Of a DNA stretch of 64,000 nt, positions 1-8,507 are shown piece after piece (within the stretch, counting starts at the first letter, position 1; every line of letters begins with the position of its first letter). Both the position numbers and the translations under genes were made by a program. The stretch lies in the NCBI GenBank assembly GCA_035193785.1, contig CP136572.1, positions 2,388,578 to 2,452,577 on the forward strand, read 5' to 3'. The stretch is from Planktothrix sp. GU0601_MAG3. GTDB lineage: Bacteria; Cyanobacteriota; Cyanobacteriia; Cyanobacteriales; Microcoleaceae. The notes under the pieces were generated by a model. It was not told the origin of the DNA. It was given only the letters and a program-made list of their open reading frames with translations, and did no database searches.

Positions 1-300
1 AATGGTTTTGGTCATTTCCCCGGTTTCAGCGAAATTCTTTAATTCACTGACCAAGATCGGTACTTGGAAGGGGCCGTAAGTCAGAATTACGCGATCTTCT
101 CCACAGAATACCGTGCGATCCGGGTTAGGAAAGTCGGCAATCGGTGAAGGAACTCTGGCATAATCCGATGATGGCGCACAGGCGCCGGGGTGGTGAGCTT
201 GGGCTTGGGGAAGGGGCACAGCAGCGTTGCTAACTAATGCTCCAGCCAGTATCCCCAAAATCCATTTTGGTTGTAGTCTTTGAGGTTTTGGTATTTTCAT
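1..300 (-). CDS. DUF1400-like (alpha/beta hydrolase-associated) exported protein, 5' part; runs off the window start
   Basis: Manual translation from ATG at 300: MKIPKPQRLQPKWILGILAGALVSNAAVP...EDRVILTYGPFQVPILVSELKNFAETG; signal-peptide-like N-terminus and a YGPF..I...EL..FA.TG pattern. Confidence 0.6.
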   Translation of the reverse strand, partial: MKIPKPQRLQPKWILGILAGALVSNAAVPLPQAQAHHPGACAPSSDYARVPSPIADFPNPDRTVFCGEDRVILTYGPFQVPILVSELKNFAETGEMTKTI

Positions 301-468
301 TATCAACTGAACTAACAAAAAAATTAGTGCGTTTTGACTTAACAGCTTAAAGGGTGTTGCTTAGTTTCACAAGAGCAAAGTCAAATTTTTTGGTAAAAAT
401 TGGGAATCAGACCTGGGAAATCCTTTGGGAGTGGAGGGTGTAGGCAATAAAAAAGTTAATTCTCCAGA

Positions 469-1365
469 TCACTTGGGTAACAAAACTAATAGGGATTTCA
501 GAGCTTGTAGTGCTAACAGCAGGACAACCGTACCCGCCATCAGAATTGTGGCCGGAACTAAAACAGTTTGTAGACGGCGCAGGGTTTGTTCAAGTTCCTC
601 CTCATAGTAATTTGTTAGTTTTTGCAGGGCTAAATCTAATTGTCCTGTGGCTTCCCCCGTCCGTAACATTTGCAGGGCTACCGCAGGTAAACGACCTTCT
701 AGGCTTTGACTTAGGGTTTTGTCGGCGGGAATTTGACCTAATGCAATGGTAATGGTAGCCTTCATTTCCGATTTAGGAATATGGGCGCGAACCAATTCTA
801 ATCCAGCTAACAAGGACATTCCACAACTCAAGGGTAGTTTTAATTCTCCTAAATACAACATCATCCGAGCGGTGGAAATTTTTTTAATAATTGATAACCG
901 GGGCATAATTCTCGGAATTACTAATATAATTACTGATATAATTCCTAATATTAAAAACCACCAATTACCTGATAAACCCGATAAATAACAAAGGGTGAGA
1001 ATCAACAGGATAATACTAATGCCTGTGGCAATTGCCGCCAGGGTTACAGACCTATACAGATTTTGATGACGTGCTTTTCGTTCTTCGATCTCGGAAATTC
1101 GATAGCAAATTTCGGGTAACATCCCTTGGGATTCTCCCAGGGAAATTAGACCAATTGTCCAACGGTCAAAATATCGGGATGCTAAAGCCAGGGCTGAAGC
1201 TAAATCGCCCCCCCTTGATGTGGCTGCTGTCATTTTGTTGAGATAGCGTCCGAGTTGCGGGTAGCTATCTTTCCCCACCAACGTTAAGCTCTGTTCTACG
1301 GTTAAACCGGAGTTTAACAAGGTTGCTAATTGAAAGAAAAAAAGAGCCTTTTCGCGGGGATTCAT
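469..1365 (-). CDS. Type II secretion system F family protein (PilC-like)
   Basis: FFFQLATLLNSGL, GESQGML and GEATGQLD..L..L..YYEEE motifs; ATG at 1365 preferred over TTG at 1443. Confidence 0.85.
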   Translation of the reverse strand: MNPREKALFFFQLATLLNSGLTVEQSLTLVGKDSYPQLGRYLNKMTAATSRGGDLASALALASRYFDRWTIGLISLGESQGMLPEICYRISEIEERKARHQNLYRSVTLAAIATGISIILLILTLCYLSGLSGNWWFLILGIISVIILVIPRIMPRLSIIKKISTARMMLYLGELKLPLSCGMSLLAGLELVRAHIPKSEMKATITIALGQIPADKTLSQSLEGRLPAVALQMLRTGEATGQLDLALQKLTNYYEEELEQTLRRLQTVLVPATILMAGTVVLLLALQALKSLLVLLPK

Positions 1366-1452
1366 TCGGGAACGGGGTATGACTGCATTGGGCAGAGGTT
1401 TGACTGAAGGCTCTATTTTGCCAAAAAGGAACCCCAGAATCAAGAGGTATTC

Positions 1453-1609
1453 GTAGTAAGCCCTTCAGGGCTATCTTTTCCCAATCGAGTTAAGAGGTAT
1501 TAACAACCTAACGTAGTAGGCCCTTCAGGGCTATCTTTTCCCAATGTAGTAAGCCCTTTAGGGCTATCTTTTCCCAATATAGTTAAGAGAGGCGTGAACG
1601 CCTCACTAC
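1453..1609. repeat. Cluster of GTAG-type REP-like palindromes
   Basis: Three copies of GTAGTA(A/G)GCCCTT(C/T)AGGGCTATCTTTTCCCAAT plus an inverted GAGGCGTGAACGCCTCACTAC. Confidence 0.7.
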
Positions 1610-1614
1610 GGGGG

Positions 1615-3309
1615 TTATTGTTGACTATTTTTTAATTTTAAATTCACCCGATTTCGATGAATAACTGCTTCGGCAGAATTAGGTTGTATTTCTAATGCTA
1701 CACCATAGGAACGGTTAGCATCCTGATAGCAATTCATCTGTTCAAAGGTCATACCTCGACGAATCCAAGCTGCATAATAATCGGGTTTTCTTTGAACAAT
1801 TTTATCATAAACACTTAAGGCATCCTGATAGCGTTGGGCCGATTCTAATGCCAATCCCCACTGTAACCAAGTGCCATAGGAATCAGGCCAAATTTTAACA
1901 GCTTGATTAAAGGCTTCGGCGGCTTCAGAATGTTTTTGAACCGCTTCTAAGGTTTTTCCTAAATGTACCCAGGCTTCAAAATTATCCGGTTGGACTCGAA
2001 TCACTTTTTTATAAGCAATAATTGCCTCATCATAACGTTCTAATTTTTCTAAGGCTTCCCCCCGTTGTAATCCAGCTTTTGTGGCTAATATTGTATCTTC
2101 TGTGGTCATTTGTACCACTTTATCATAGGCAATTAAGGCTTCTTCAAAGCGATCTAATTTTTCTAAGGCTTCTCCCCGACAATTCCAAGCATCCATGAAA
2201 TCCGGTTGAATTTGTAAGGCATTATCATAAGCAATAATTGCCTCTTGATATTGCCCCAATTCACATAAACATTTTCCCCGACCTAACCAAGCTTCGGGAA
2301 AATTAGAGTTTAATTGAGTAGCTTTATCAAAAGATGCGATCGCCGCCTGATATTGTTTTAATTCTAATAAAGTTTGAGCGCGACTAATCCAAATTGCAGC
2401 CAAATCTGGATTGATTTGTAAGGCTTGATTTAAGCAGGTTAAGGCTTGTTGATGCTGTTGACTATTTAACAAAGCCATGCCTTTATAAAACCAAACCTCA
2501 TAATCCTGGGGTTGCATTTGAATTACGGTATCATAGGAGGTAATTGCTTCTTGATAGCGTCGTAATTTTTGTAATGAAATCCCCCGATTAAACCAGGCTT
2601 GACAACTTTTGGGTTGCAGTTGAATTGCTTGGTCATAGGAGGTAATAGCCTCGGCATATTTTTGTTGACTTAATAACATTTCCCCCCGATTAAACCAGGC
2701 TTCATAATTAGCAGGTTGCAGTTGAATTGAACGATCATAGGAAGCCACCGCATCGGTATAACGTTCTTCATTCATTAACGCATTACCTTGATGATACCAA
2801 ATCGCGGAAATATTGGGTTTAATTTCAATAGCCCGTTTATAAGAAGCCGCCGCCGCTTTATATTGAAATAGGGCTTCTAAGGCTAACCCCCGTTCATACC
2901 AAGATTCAAAGTTTTCTGGTTCAATAGTAATAGCTTTATCAAAGGAAGCCACCGCTTCTTCAAATCGTTCTAATTTAGCTAAAGCAATACCTCGAAATGT
3001 CCAAGCCCAATAATCTTCGGGTTTAATTTTAATCGCTCGGTCATAGGAAGCTAGGGCATCTTTATAACGTTTGAGTTTTCTTAAACTATTTCCCCGCCGT
3101 AACCAAGCGGAATACCAATTGGGTTTAAAATTAACAGCTTGATCATAACGTTCAAAGGCAAATTCATAGCGCCCTAATTTATAGAATCGATTACCTTGAT
3201 TATATTGAGGCCATGCTTTAAAAATGCCTAGAAATCCTAATCCCGAAGCAGGGGGAGTTTGTGGGGGGGTTTCCACAGGAAATAAGGAGGAGGTTAATTC
3301 TTCCGACAT
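1615..3309 (-). CDS. Tetratricopeptide repeat protein
   Basis: About 15 canonical 34-aa TPRs (AW..RG..L..L.RY.EA..SYD.AI). Confidence 0.92.
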   Translation of the reverse strand: MSEELTSSLFPVETPPQTPPASGLGFLGIFKAWPQYNQGNRFYKLGRYEFAFERYDQAVNFKPNWYSAWLRRGNSLRKLKRYKDALASYDRAIKIKPEDYWAWTFRGIALAKLERFEEAVASFDKAITIEPENFESWYERGLALEALFQYKAAAASYKRAIEIKPNISAIWYHQGNALMNEERYTDAVASYDRSIQLQPANYEAWFNRGEMLLSQQKYAEAITSYDQAIQLQPKSCQAWFNRGISLQKLRRYQEAITSYDTVIQMQPQDYEVWFYKGMALLNSQQHQQALTCLNQALQINPDLAAIWISRAQTLLELKQYQAAIASFDKATQLNSNFPEAWLGRGKCLCELGQYQEAIIAYDNALQIQPDFMDAWNCRGEALEKLDRFEEALIAYDKVVQMTTEDTILATKAGLQRGEALEKLERYDEAIIAYKKVIRVQPDNFEAWVHLGKTLEAVQKHSEAAEAFNQAVKIWPDSYGTWLQWGLALESAQRYQDALSVYDKIVQRKPDYYAAWIRRGMTFEQMNCYQDANRSYGVALEIQPNSAEAVIHRNRVNLKLKNSQQ

Positions 3310-3426
3310 GGGATGGTTGACTCCTGACCATTGAGTGCTAATAGTTCAATTTTACAATAACCGTATTCAAAGCCCACGTCTTTCAAGCGTGGGATGTAGA
3401 ATACCCGCCTTTAGCCGGAGTGAAGG

Positions 3427-3560
3427 TTAATGAGAGTTTTGGTTAGCAATATATTTCTTGATAGTTTCACTAGAAACAGAGCCAGCCGTCCCACAATAAT
3501 AGCTCCGACTCCACAAAGAAGGCAGTTTAAGTAAATGGGGAAATTCTTTTCTCAATGTTA
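3427..3560 (-). pseudogene. tnpA: Y1 transposase TnpA, C-terminal remnant
   Basis: LRKEFPHL..LPSLWSRSYYCGTAGSVSSETIKKYIANQ is the TnpA C-terminus with the catalytic Tyr helix; no HUH-containing N-terminus. Confidence 0.85.
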
Positions 3561-3562
3561 AC

Positions 3563-4753
3563 ATGACAGAAATAACTCGGACGATTAAATTGAAATTCGT
3601 GAATCTCAACCGTTGTAAAGCTCAGATGTTTGAGCAAATGACGGAAGAAAACACACGGATTGCCAATAATCTGTTGTCATTTCCGATTAAAGAACGGCGT
3701 AAAATGACGACAGCTAAAATTATGTCCGAGTTAAAATCTGCCCTTGTTAACCAAGTAATCCGACATACCACATCCCCCACGGGTCGTAAAACTAAACAAT
3801 ACAAAGTTCTTCCTGTAGAAGTTAATAACCAAAACTGGAAGTTAACTCAAAAAGGAAATACTTATTCAATTAGTTTCCCGACTCTAAAAGGTGAAAAAAG
3901 AATCCCCATTGAAGTTACATCCGCTCACTGGCAACCTATTTTAGATGGATTACTAGAGGGAACAATTCAAGGGGGATCTTTTAAGTTAATTAAACATAGA
4001 AATAAGTGGTATGTCTATCTGTCAATCACTGAGGATGTTCCAGAAGTTAAGACAGAGAAAACATTAGGGTGTGACCGAGGGCAGAATAATTTAGCGGTAG
4101 TTGCACCAAAAGAAGGTTTTGGTAAGTTCTTTAATGGTCAAAGCGTTAAGCATCGGAGACGTTATTTTCAACAACGAAGAAAACAACTTCAAGAAGCTAA
4201 AAAGTTTCGAGCTTTAAAGAAATGGGACAAAAAAGAACGACGATGGATGGATGCAATTAACCATACTGTCAGTCGTCGAATTGTTCGTTTTGCCGAATAC
4301 CACAACGCTGATGTTGTGATTGAGGATTTGGAAGGTTGTCGTAAAACTATGAAACAGAGCAAGAAATCTCGTTCTGATTCTGGTCAATCTCGGCATAATT
4401 GGTCTTATTATTCTTTGGAACAAAAACTTAATTATAAGTTAGCTCTTAAAGGATTGAAGTTAATTAGAAGACCTGCGCCATATACTTCTAAGTCTTGCTC
4501 AACTTGTGGTGTTATTGGCAAAAGAAATCGACATGATTTTAATTGCTCTTATGGTCACTACCATAACTCTGATTTGAATGCTGCGAAAAACCTAGCTCAA
4601 TGGGACGGTTTTTCTTGTCAGTTAGACCTACAGAGAGATGCTTCTGTAATGGATTCATCCGGTTTAACTGATGGGGTGCTTGGCACACCCCTGAACTCGG
4701 TGAATACAGTCAAACAAGAGTATGTTCAACTATCTCTGGTGCGATTCGTTTAA
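3563..4753 (+). CDS. tnpB: RNA-guided endonuclease TnpB; exon 1 = 3563-4738, spliced form adds 7183-7218 (403 aa)
   Basis: RuvC-I GCDRG, RuvC-II VIEDL, Zn finger TSKSCSTCG, RuvC-III NSDLNAAKN; the last 4 codons (VRFV*) come from the intron. Confidence 0.93.
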   Translation: MTEITRTIKLKFVNLNRCKAQMFEQMTEENTRIANNLLSFPIKERRKMTTAKIMSELKSALVNQVIRHTTSPTGRKTKQYKVLPVEVNNQNWKLTQKGNTYSISFPTLKGEKRIPIEVTSAHWQPILDGLLEGTIQGGSFKLIKHRNKWYVYLSITEDVPEVKTEKTLGCDRGQNNLAVVAPKEGFGKFFNGQSVKHRRRYFQQRRKQLQEAKKFRALKKWDKKERRWMDAINHTVSRRIVRFAEYHNADVVIEDLEGCRKTMKQSKKSRSDSGQSRHNWSYYSLEQKLNYKLALKGLKLIRRPAPYTSKSCSTCGVIGKRNRHDFNCSYGHYHNSDLNAAKNLAQWDGFSCQLDLQRDASVMDSSGLTDGVLGTPLNSVNTVKQEYVQLSLVRFV

Positions 4754-7182
4754 CCTAAAATAAGCTGAAAAGCTTATGGGACGGTTAACCCAGTTGTTGA
4801 AACTGGTGATAACTGATTACATTTGTGGGTGAGTCGTTGTACGACAAGTCCTACCCCCCAAGTGCTGAGGTGAAAGCATAACCCCTAGTTTGATTGGATA
4901 GCAACCAACAGGCTAAAGCGGGGTTAAAAGGTAGAACTACTGGTAGCCAAATCTGGTAACTATCGAGCAAGAAGTCCATGCGTAGCGTAAGCAAAGATGT
5001 GTCTGAACCATCGTAAGTTGAAATGGTGTAATGGCTAAGTCAACAATGACTAACACCAAGCCAAAAGGCAAGGATAGGGCATAGGCGTTTTAGAGAAACG
5101 ACTTATAAGCACCGCCCAATAAACCCGATGGAAAGCATCACGCTAAAGACTTCAAACAAATGTGTAATTGGAACGAAGTAATCCCTATATATCTCTGGAA
5201 AAGGTCGAAAATCCAGTAAGTAGCTAACGAATGATATATGGGGATGGGATGGTGTCAAAAGCGAATGCCCTTGGTAATGCAAGGGATATGCTAACAGACG
5301 CTCGGTAATTCCAAAGAAATAGAACAAGTAGCAATGAATAAATCTAAAACGCAGAACAATCTGACGGTGGAATGGAAAGACCTTAACTGGCGCAAGCTAG
5401 AAAAGGTAACTTTTAAGTTGCAAAAGCGAATATTTCAAGCGAGTACACGAGGCGATGTTAAAGCAGTTCGCAAACTTCAGAAGACCCTGATTAATTCCTG
5501 GTCAGCTAAATGTATCGCTGTTCGTCGGGTAACACAAGATAACCAAGGTAAAAATACGGCAGGTGTAGACGGAGTTAAATCTCTGACTCCAAAGCAACGT
5601 ATGAACCTTGTAGGACGACTAAAGTTAACCAATAAAGCCAAACCAACTCGTAGAGTTGAAATACCTAAACCTGGTACAACTGAAACCCGTCCATTAGGAA
5701 TACCCACAATAAACGACCGCGCACTACAAGCATTAGTAAAATTAGCGTTAGAACCAGAATGGGAGGCTAAATTCGAGCCAAACAGTTATGGTTTTAGACC
5801 AGGACGCTCATGTCACGATGCAATCGAAGCAATATTTAACAGTATTAGATACAAATCCAAATATGTACTTGATGCTGATATCTCAAAATGCTTCGACCGC
5901 ATAAACCATAAAGCGTTAATCTCCAAAATACACACATACCCCACATTAAGCCGTCAAATTAAAATATGGCTCAAAGCAGGGTACTGTGTCGGAAAAGAAC
6001 TTTTTCCTACTAATGATGGTACACCACAAGGCGGGGTGATTTCACCCCTACTTGCGAATATAGCCTTACATGGTATAGAAAATAGAGTCAAGCAATATGC
6101 AGAAACTCTTAAAGGGCAAAAACGGGTTAATTGTGAATCCCTTAGTCTAATCCGATACGCTGATGATTTTGTGATAATCCATAAGGATTTAAACGTAGTC
6201 AAAAAGTGTCAAGAGATAATTGCAGATTGGTTAAACGACATGGGACTAGAATTGAAATCAAGTAAAACAAAATTAACCCACACCCTCAATGAAATTGATG
6301 GAAATATCGGGTTTGAGTTTTTAGGGTTCCATATCCAACAACACAAAGTAGGGAACTACCGATGTGCCAACAACACGAATGGAACACCGCTAGGTTTTAG
6401 TACATTAATCACACCCTCAAAAGCCAAAATCAAAACCCACCTTGTCAAAATAGCTGAAGTAATAGATGCCCATAAGACCGCCCCACAAGCTGCTTTAATT
6501 AGTAAGCTGAATCCAATTATAAGAGGCTGGTCAAACTATTACTCAACAGTTGTTAGTAAAGAAACCTTTAACAAGGTTGACCATCTAACTTACGACAAGT
6601 TAAGAGCTTGGGCAAAAACGAGGGGAAAAGGGAACATCAATAAAGATAAATACTGGAGAACAGTAGGCGACAGAAATTGGTGTTTCAGTACAGAAGACGG
6701 AACGGAATTACTCACCCATAGCAGTATGCCAATCGTAAAGCATACAAAGGTTAAAAGTGAAGTTAGTCCGTTTGATGGTAACTGGATTTATTGGAGTAAG
6801 CGTAGAGGCGAATATCCAGAAACTCCTAAAAGAGTGGCAACACTTATCAAGAAACAGAAGGGTATTTGTCCTCACTGTGGTCTGTATTTTACAAGTACAG
6901 ACAAGGTAGAAGTTGACCATATAACACCAACAACATTAGGTGGAAAAGACACCTATAAAAACTGGCAACTCCTACACAAGCATTGTCACGACACAAAAAC
7001 GGCTAATGATGGTTCTTTAATTAAAAGTAAGCAATTACCAATAGTTGAGAATTATGAAAACAACCCGTTTTGAATCGTATCCATAACAAGGATGGAATTA
7101 TCAAGGAGCCGTGTGATGCGAAAGTATCACGCACGGTTTCTGAAGGAGAGGTTAGGGGGGTAACTCCCTAATCGACTCTAAC
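4739..7182 (+). mobile_element. Group II intron (IIB-like ribozyme with intron-encoded protein), copy 1
   Basis: 5' GTGCG at 4739; domain V GAGCCGTGTGATGCGAAAGTATCACGCACGGTTTC (7106-7140); domain VI ending CTCTAAC (7182); EBS1 TAGAGA (5091-5096) and EBS2 AGTTGAA (5016-5022) complementary to exon 1. Confidence 0.93.
5334..7073 (+). CDS. ltrA: Group II intron reverse transcriptase/maturase with HNH endonuclease
   Basis: RPLGIPTINDR, GTPQGGVISPLLANI, YADD, LNPIIRGWSNYY (domain X), CPHCG..EVDH..N.QLLHKHCH (HNH). Confidence 0.95.
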   Translation: MNKSKTQNNLTVEWKDLNWRKLEKVTFKLQKRIFQASTRGDVKAVRKLQKTLINSWSAKCIAVRRVTQDNQGKNTAGVDGVKSLTPKQRMNLVGRLKLTNKAKPTRRVEIPKPGTTETRPLGIPTINDRALQALVKLALEPEWEAKFEPNSYGFRPGRSCHDAIEAIFNSIRYKSKYVLDADISKCFDRINHKALISKIHTYPTLSRQIKIWLKAGYCVGKELFPTNDGTPQGGVISPLLANIALHGIENRVKQYAETLKGQKRVNCESLSLIRYADDFVIIHKDLNVVKKCQEIIADWLNDMGLELKSSKTKLTHTLNEIDGNIGFEFLGFHIQQHKVGNYRCANNTNGTPLGFSTLITPSKAKIKTHLVKIAEVIDAHKTAPQAALISKLNPIIRGWSNYYSTVVSKETFNKVDHLTYDKLRAWAKTRGKGNINKDKYWRTVGDRNWCFSTEDGTELLTHSSMPIVKHTKVKSEVSPFDGNWIYWSKRRGEYPETPKRVATLIKKQKGICPHCGLYFTSTDKVEVDHITPTTLGGKDTYKNWQLLHKHCHDTKTANDGSLIKSKQLPIVENYENNPF

Positions 7183-7573
7183 TTTGACTGGGCTAGATAC
7201 GAGAATCCCACCCCTTAGCGTAGCGTAGGGGTGGGAGTGTCAATAGGGTTGCAGTCTGACTGTTGTAATATTTCGTTCTTTATCAGATTTTGATGATTTT
7301 GTCAAGTTTTGAGCTATGCTTTAATATTTGTATTTATTATAATAAAAATTTTTTATTTCAATAAAACTTATGAGAAAATTCTGGAAATTTAGGGCATGAT
7401 AATCACAGAAGGGGGCAAACCTTTGCTGAGGACTTGAATCTGGCCAGATATCTCGTTGCTTAGGCTTTGAAACCTTTAATCTCTGTGGTGAACTACGAAT
7501 CTTTTACGGGAACTTACAACAATATTTCGTAGACACTACATAGACAGTTGCCCAAGTTTGGTTTTAATCCCAA

Positions 7574-7951
7574 ATGAGAACAATGAATAAGGTTAATGCT
7601 ACCATGTCTTACCTCACTTTCCTGATTCGCGGCATCACACCTGTTGAACCCGCATCTCCCTCCCAGCCTAGCCCTTTGCCCTTACCACGTCGATTTACAC
7701 CCCTACGTCCGGTTCGCCATTGGTTAGAAAGTATCAAAATCCAAGACCCCCAATTGGCCCACCGTTTGTGTAAACTGATTCCGGCCCAATGTCCATTTGA
7801 ACGAAATATTACTGTCCGGGGTCGGGTGGTTGTGCGTATTCCACCTTTATGTAAACTCAACCCTTTTTATGAAGAATTGGTCTATCTCCGGTTTCAAGCA
7901 TTATGTTATTTGGCGGATGAATGTGGAGAAGATATTTCGGCCTATTGCTAG
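7574..7951 (+). CDS. Mo-dependent nitrogenase C-terminal domain-like protein
   Basis: CKLIPAQCPFER..IPPLCKLNPFYE.L..LRF.AL.YLADECGED signature. Confidence 0.85.
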   Translation: MRTMNKVNATMSYLTFLIRGITPVEPASPSQPSPLPLPRRFTPLRPVRHWLESIKIQDPQLAHRLCKLIPAQCPFERNITVRGRVVVRIPPLCKLNPFYEELVYLRFQALCYLADECGEDISAYC

Positions 7952-7996
7952 AATAGTTGACGGTTGATTGTTTATAGTTAACCGTCAACCCCCGGT

Positions 7997-8350
7997 TTAT
8001 TTTTCGACTAACCATTGGCCGGAAAAAATGCTTTTAACCGCTAGAGAAATGCGCTGTAAATCTTCTTGTAATAACGGGGGCCATTCAATACCTCGGTTAC
8101 GACCGGAGGCAAATTGTTGCTGACTTTCTATGACTAACTGATGTAGGGCTAAGACTAAAATTTTTTCAAATTTTGAATTATCTTTTAAGGTATCATAAGC
8201 AATTTTTAAGGATAATAAAATAGAGGTGACTTGACCGGGAATTGGGGGTTGGCCCTGTTTCAAACGAATTAAAAACGCATCGGGGTTTTTTTGGGTTTCT
8301 AATGCCATGCCTTGGTCAATTAGAAAATTATAGGCTGTTTTGTAATCCAT
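7997..8350 (-). CDS. Conserved cyanobacterial hypothetical protein
   Basis: MDYKTAYNFLIDQG...LKQGQPPIPGQVTSILL...GIEWPPLL; start chosen at ATG 8350. Confidence 0.7.
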   Translation of the reverse strand: MDYKTAYNFLIDQGMALETQKNPDAFLIRLKQGQPPIPGQVTSILLSLKIAYDTLKDNSKFEKILVLALHQLVIESQQQFASGRNRGIEWPPLLQEDLQRISLAVKSIFSGQWLVEK

Positions 8351-8507
8351 TGCAATTGATTTGTGAAGTTGTCTACAGTCAAATTCTATAGCAATAAAGC
8401 CTAATTTAACCACAAAGACACGAAGACACAAAGATGTTGTAAATAATAAATAACTTGCTGATTGATATAATCGGGGATGGGCAATAATATTATATTTCAT
8501 AAAATGA

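Larger units (their letters stand above)
3356..7243 (+). mobile_element. IS200/IS605-family element (tnpA stub + tnpB) carrying a group II intron, copy 1
   Basis: Preceded by TTAC (3352-3355); left end AAAG + hairpin CCCACG..CGTGGG; right end GAAT + hairpin CCCACCCCT..AGGGGTGGG ending GTGTCAA (7243); boundaries confirmed by the second copy. Confidence 0.93.

Noticed and set aside
4980..4989. GCGTAGCGTA shared between intron domain I and the IS right-end loop
   Set aside because: Only 10 nt, same orientation and low complexity; no pairing implied
5334..7073. RT as a DGR, retron or defence RT
   Set aside because: It has domain X and HNH and lies inside a full group II ribozyme; no template/variable repeat pair or msr/msd seen
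7134..7142. Extra T in domain V (CGGTTTC) as an inactivating lesion
   Set aside because: The stem still pairs using G-U, both copies have it, and it matches the GTTC to GTTTC error signature
3356..7243. Classical IStron
   Set aside because: The intron is group II and internal; splicing removes only 4739-7182, not the IS
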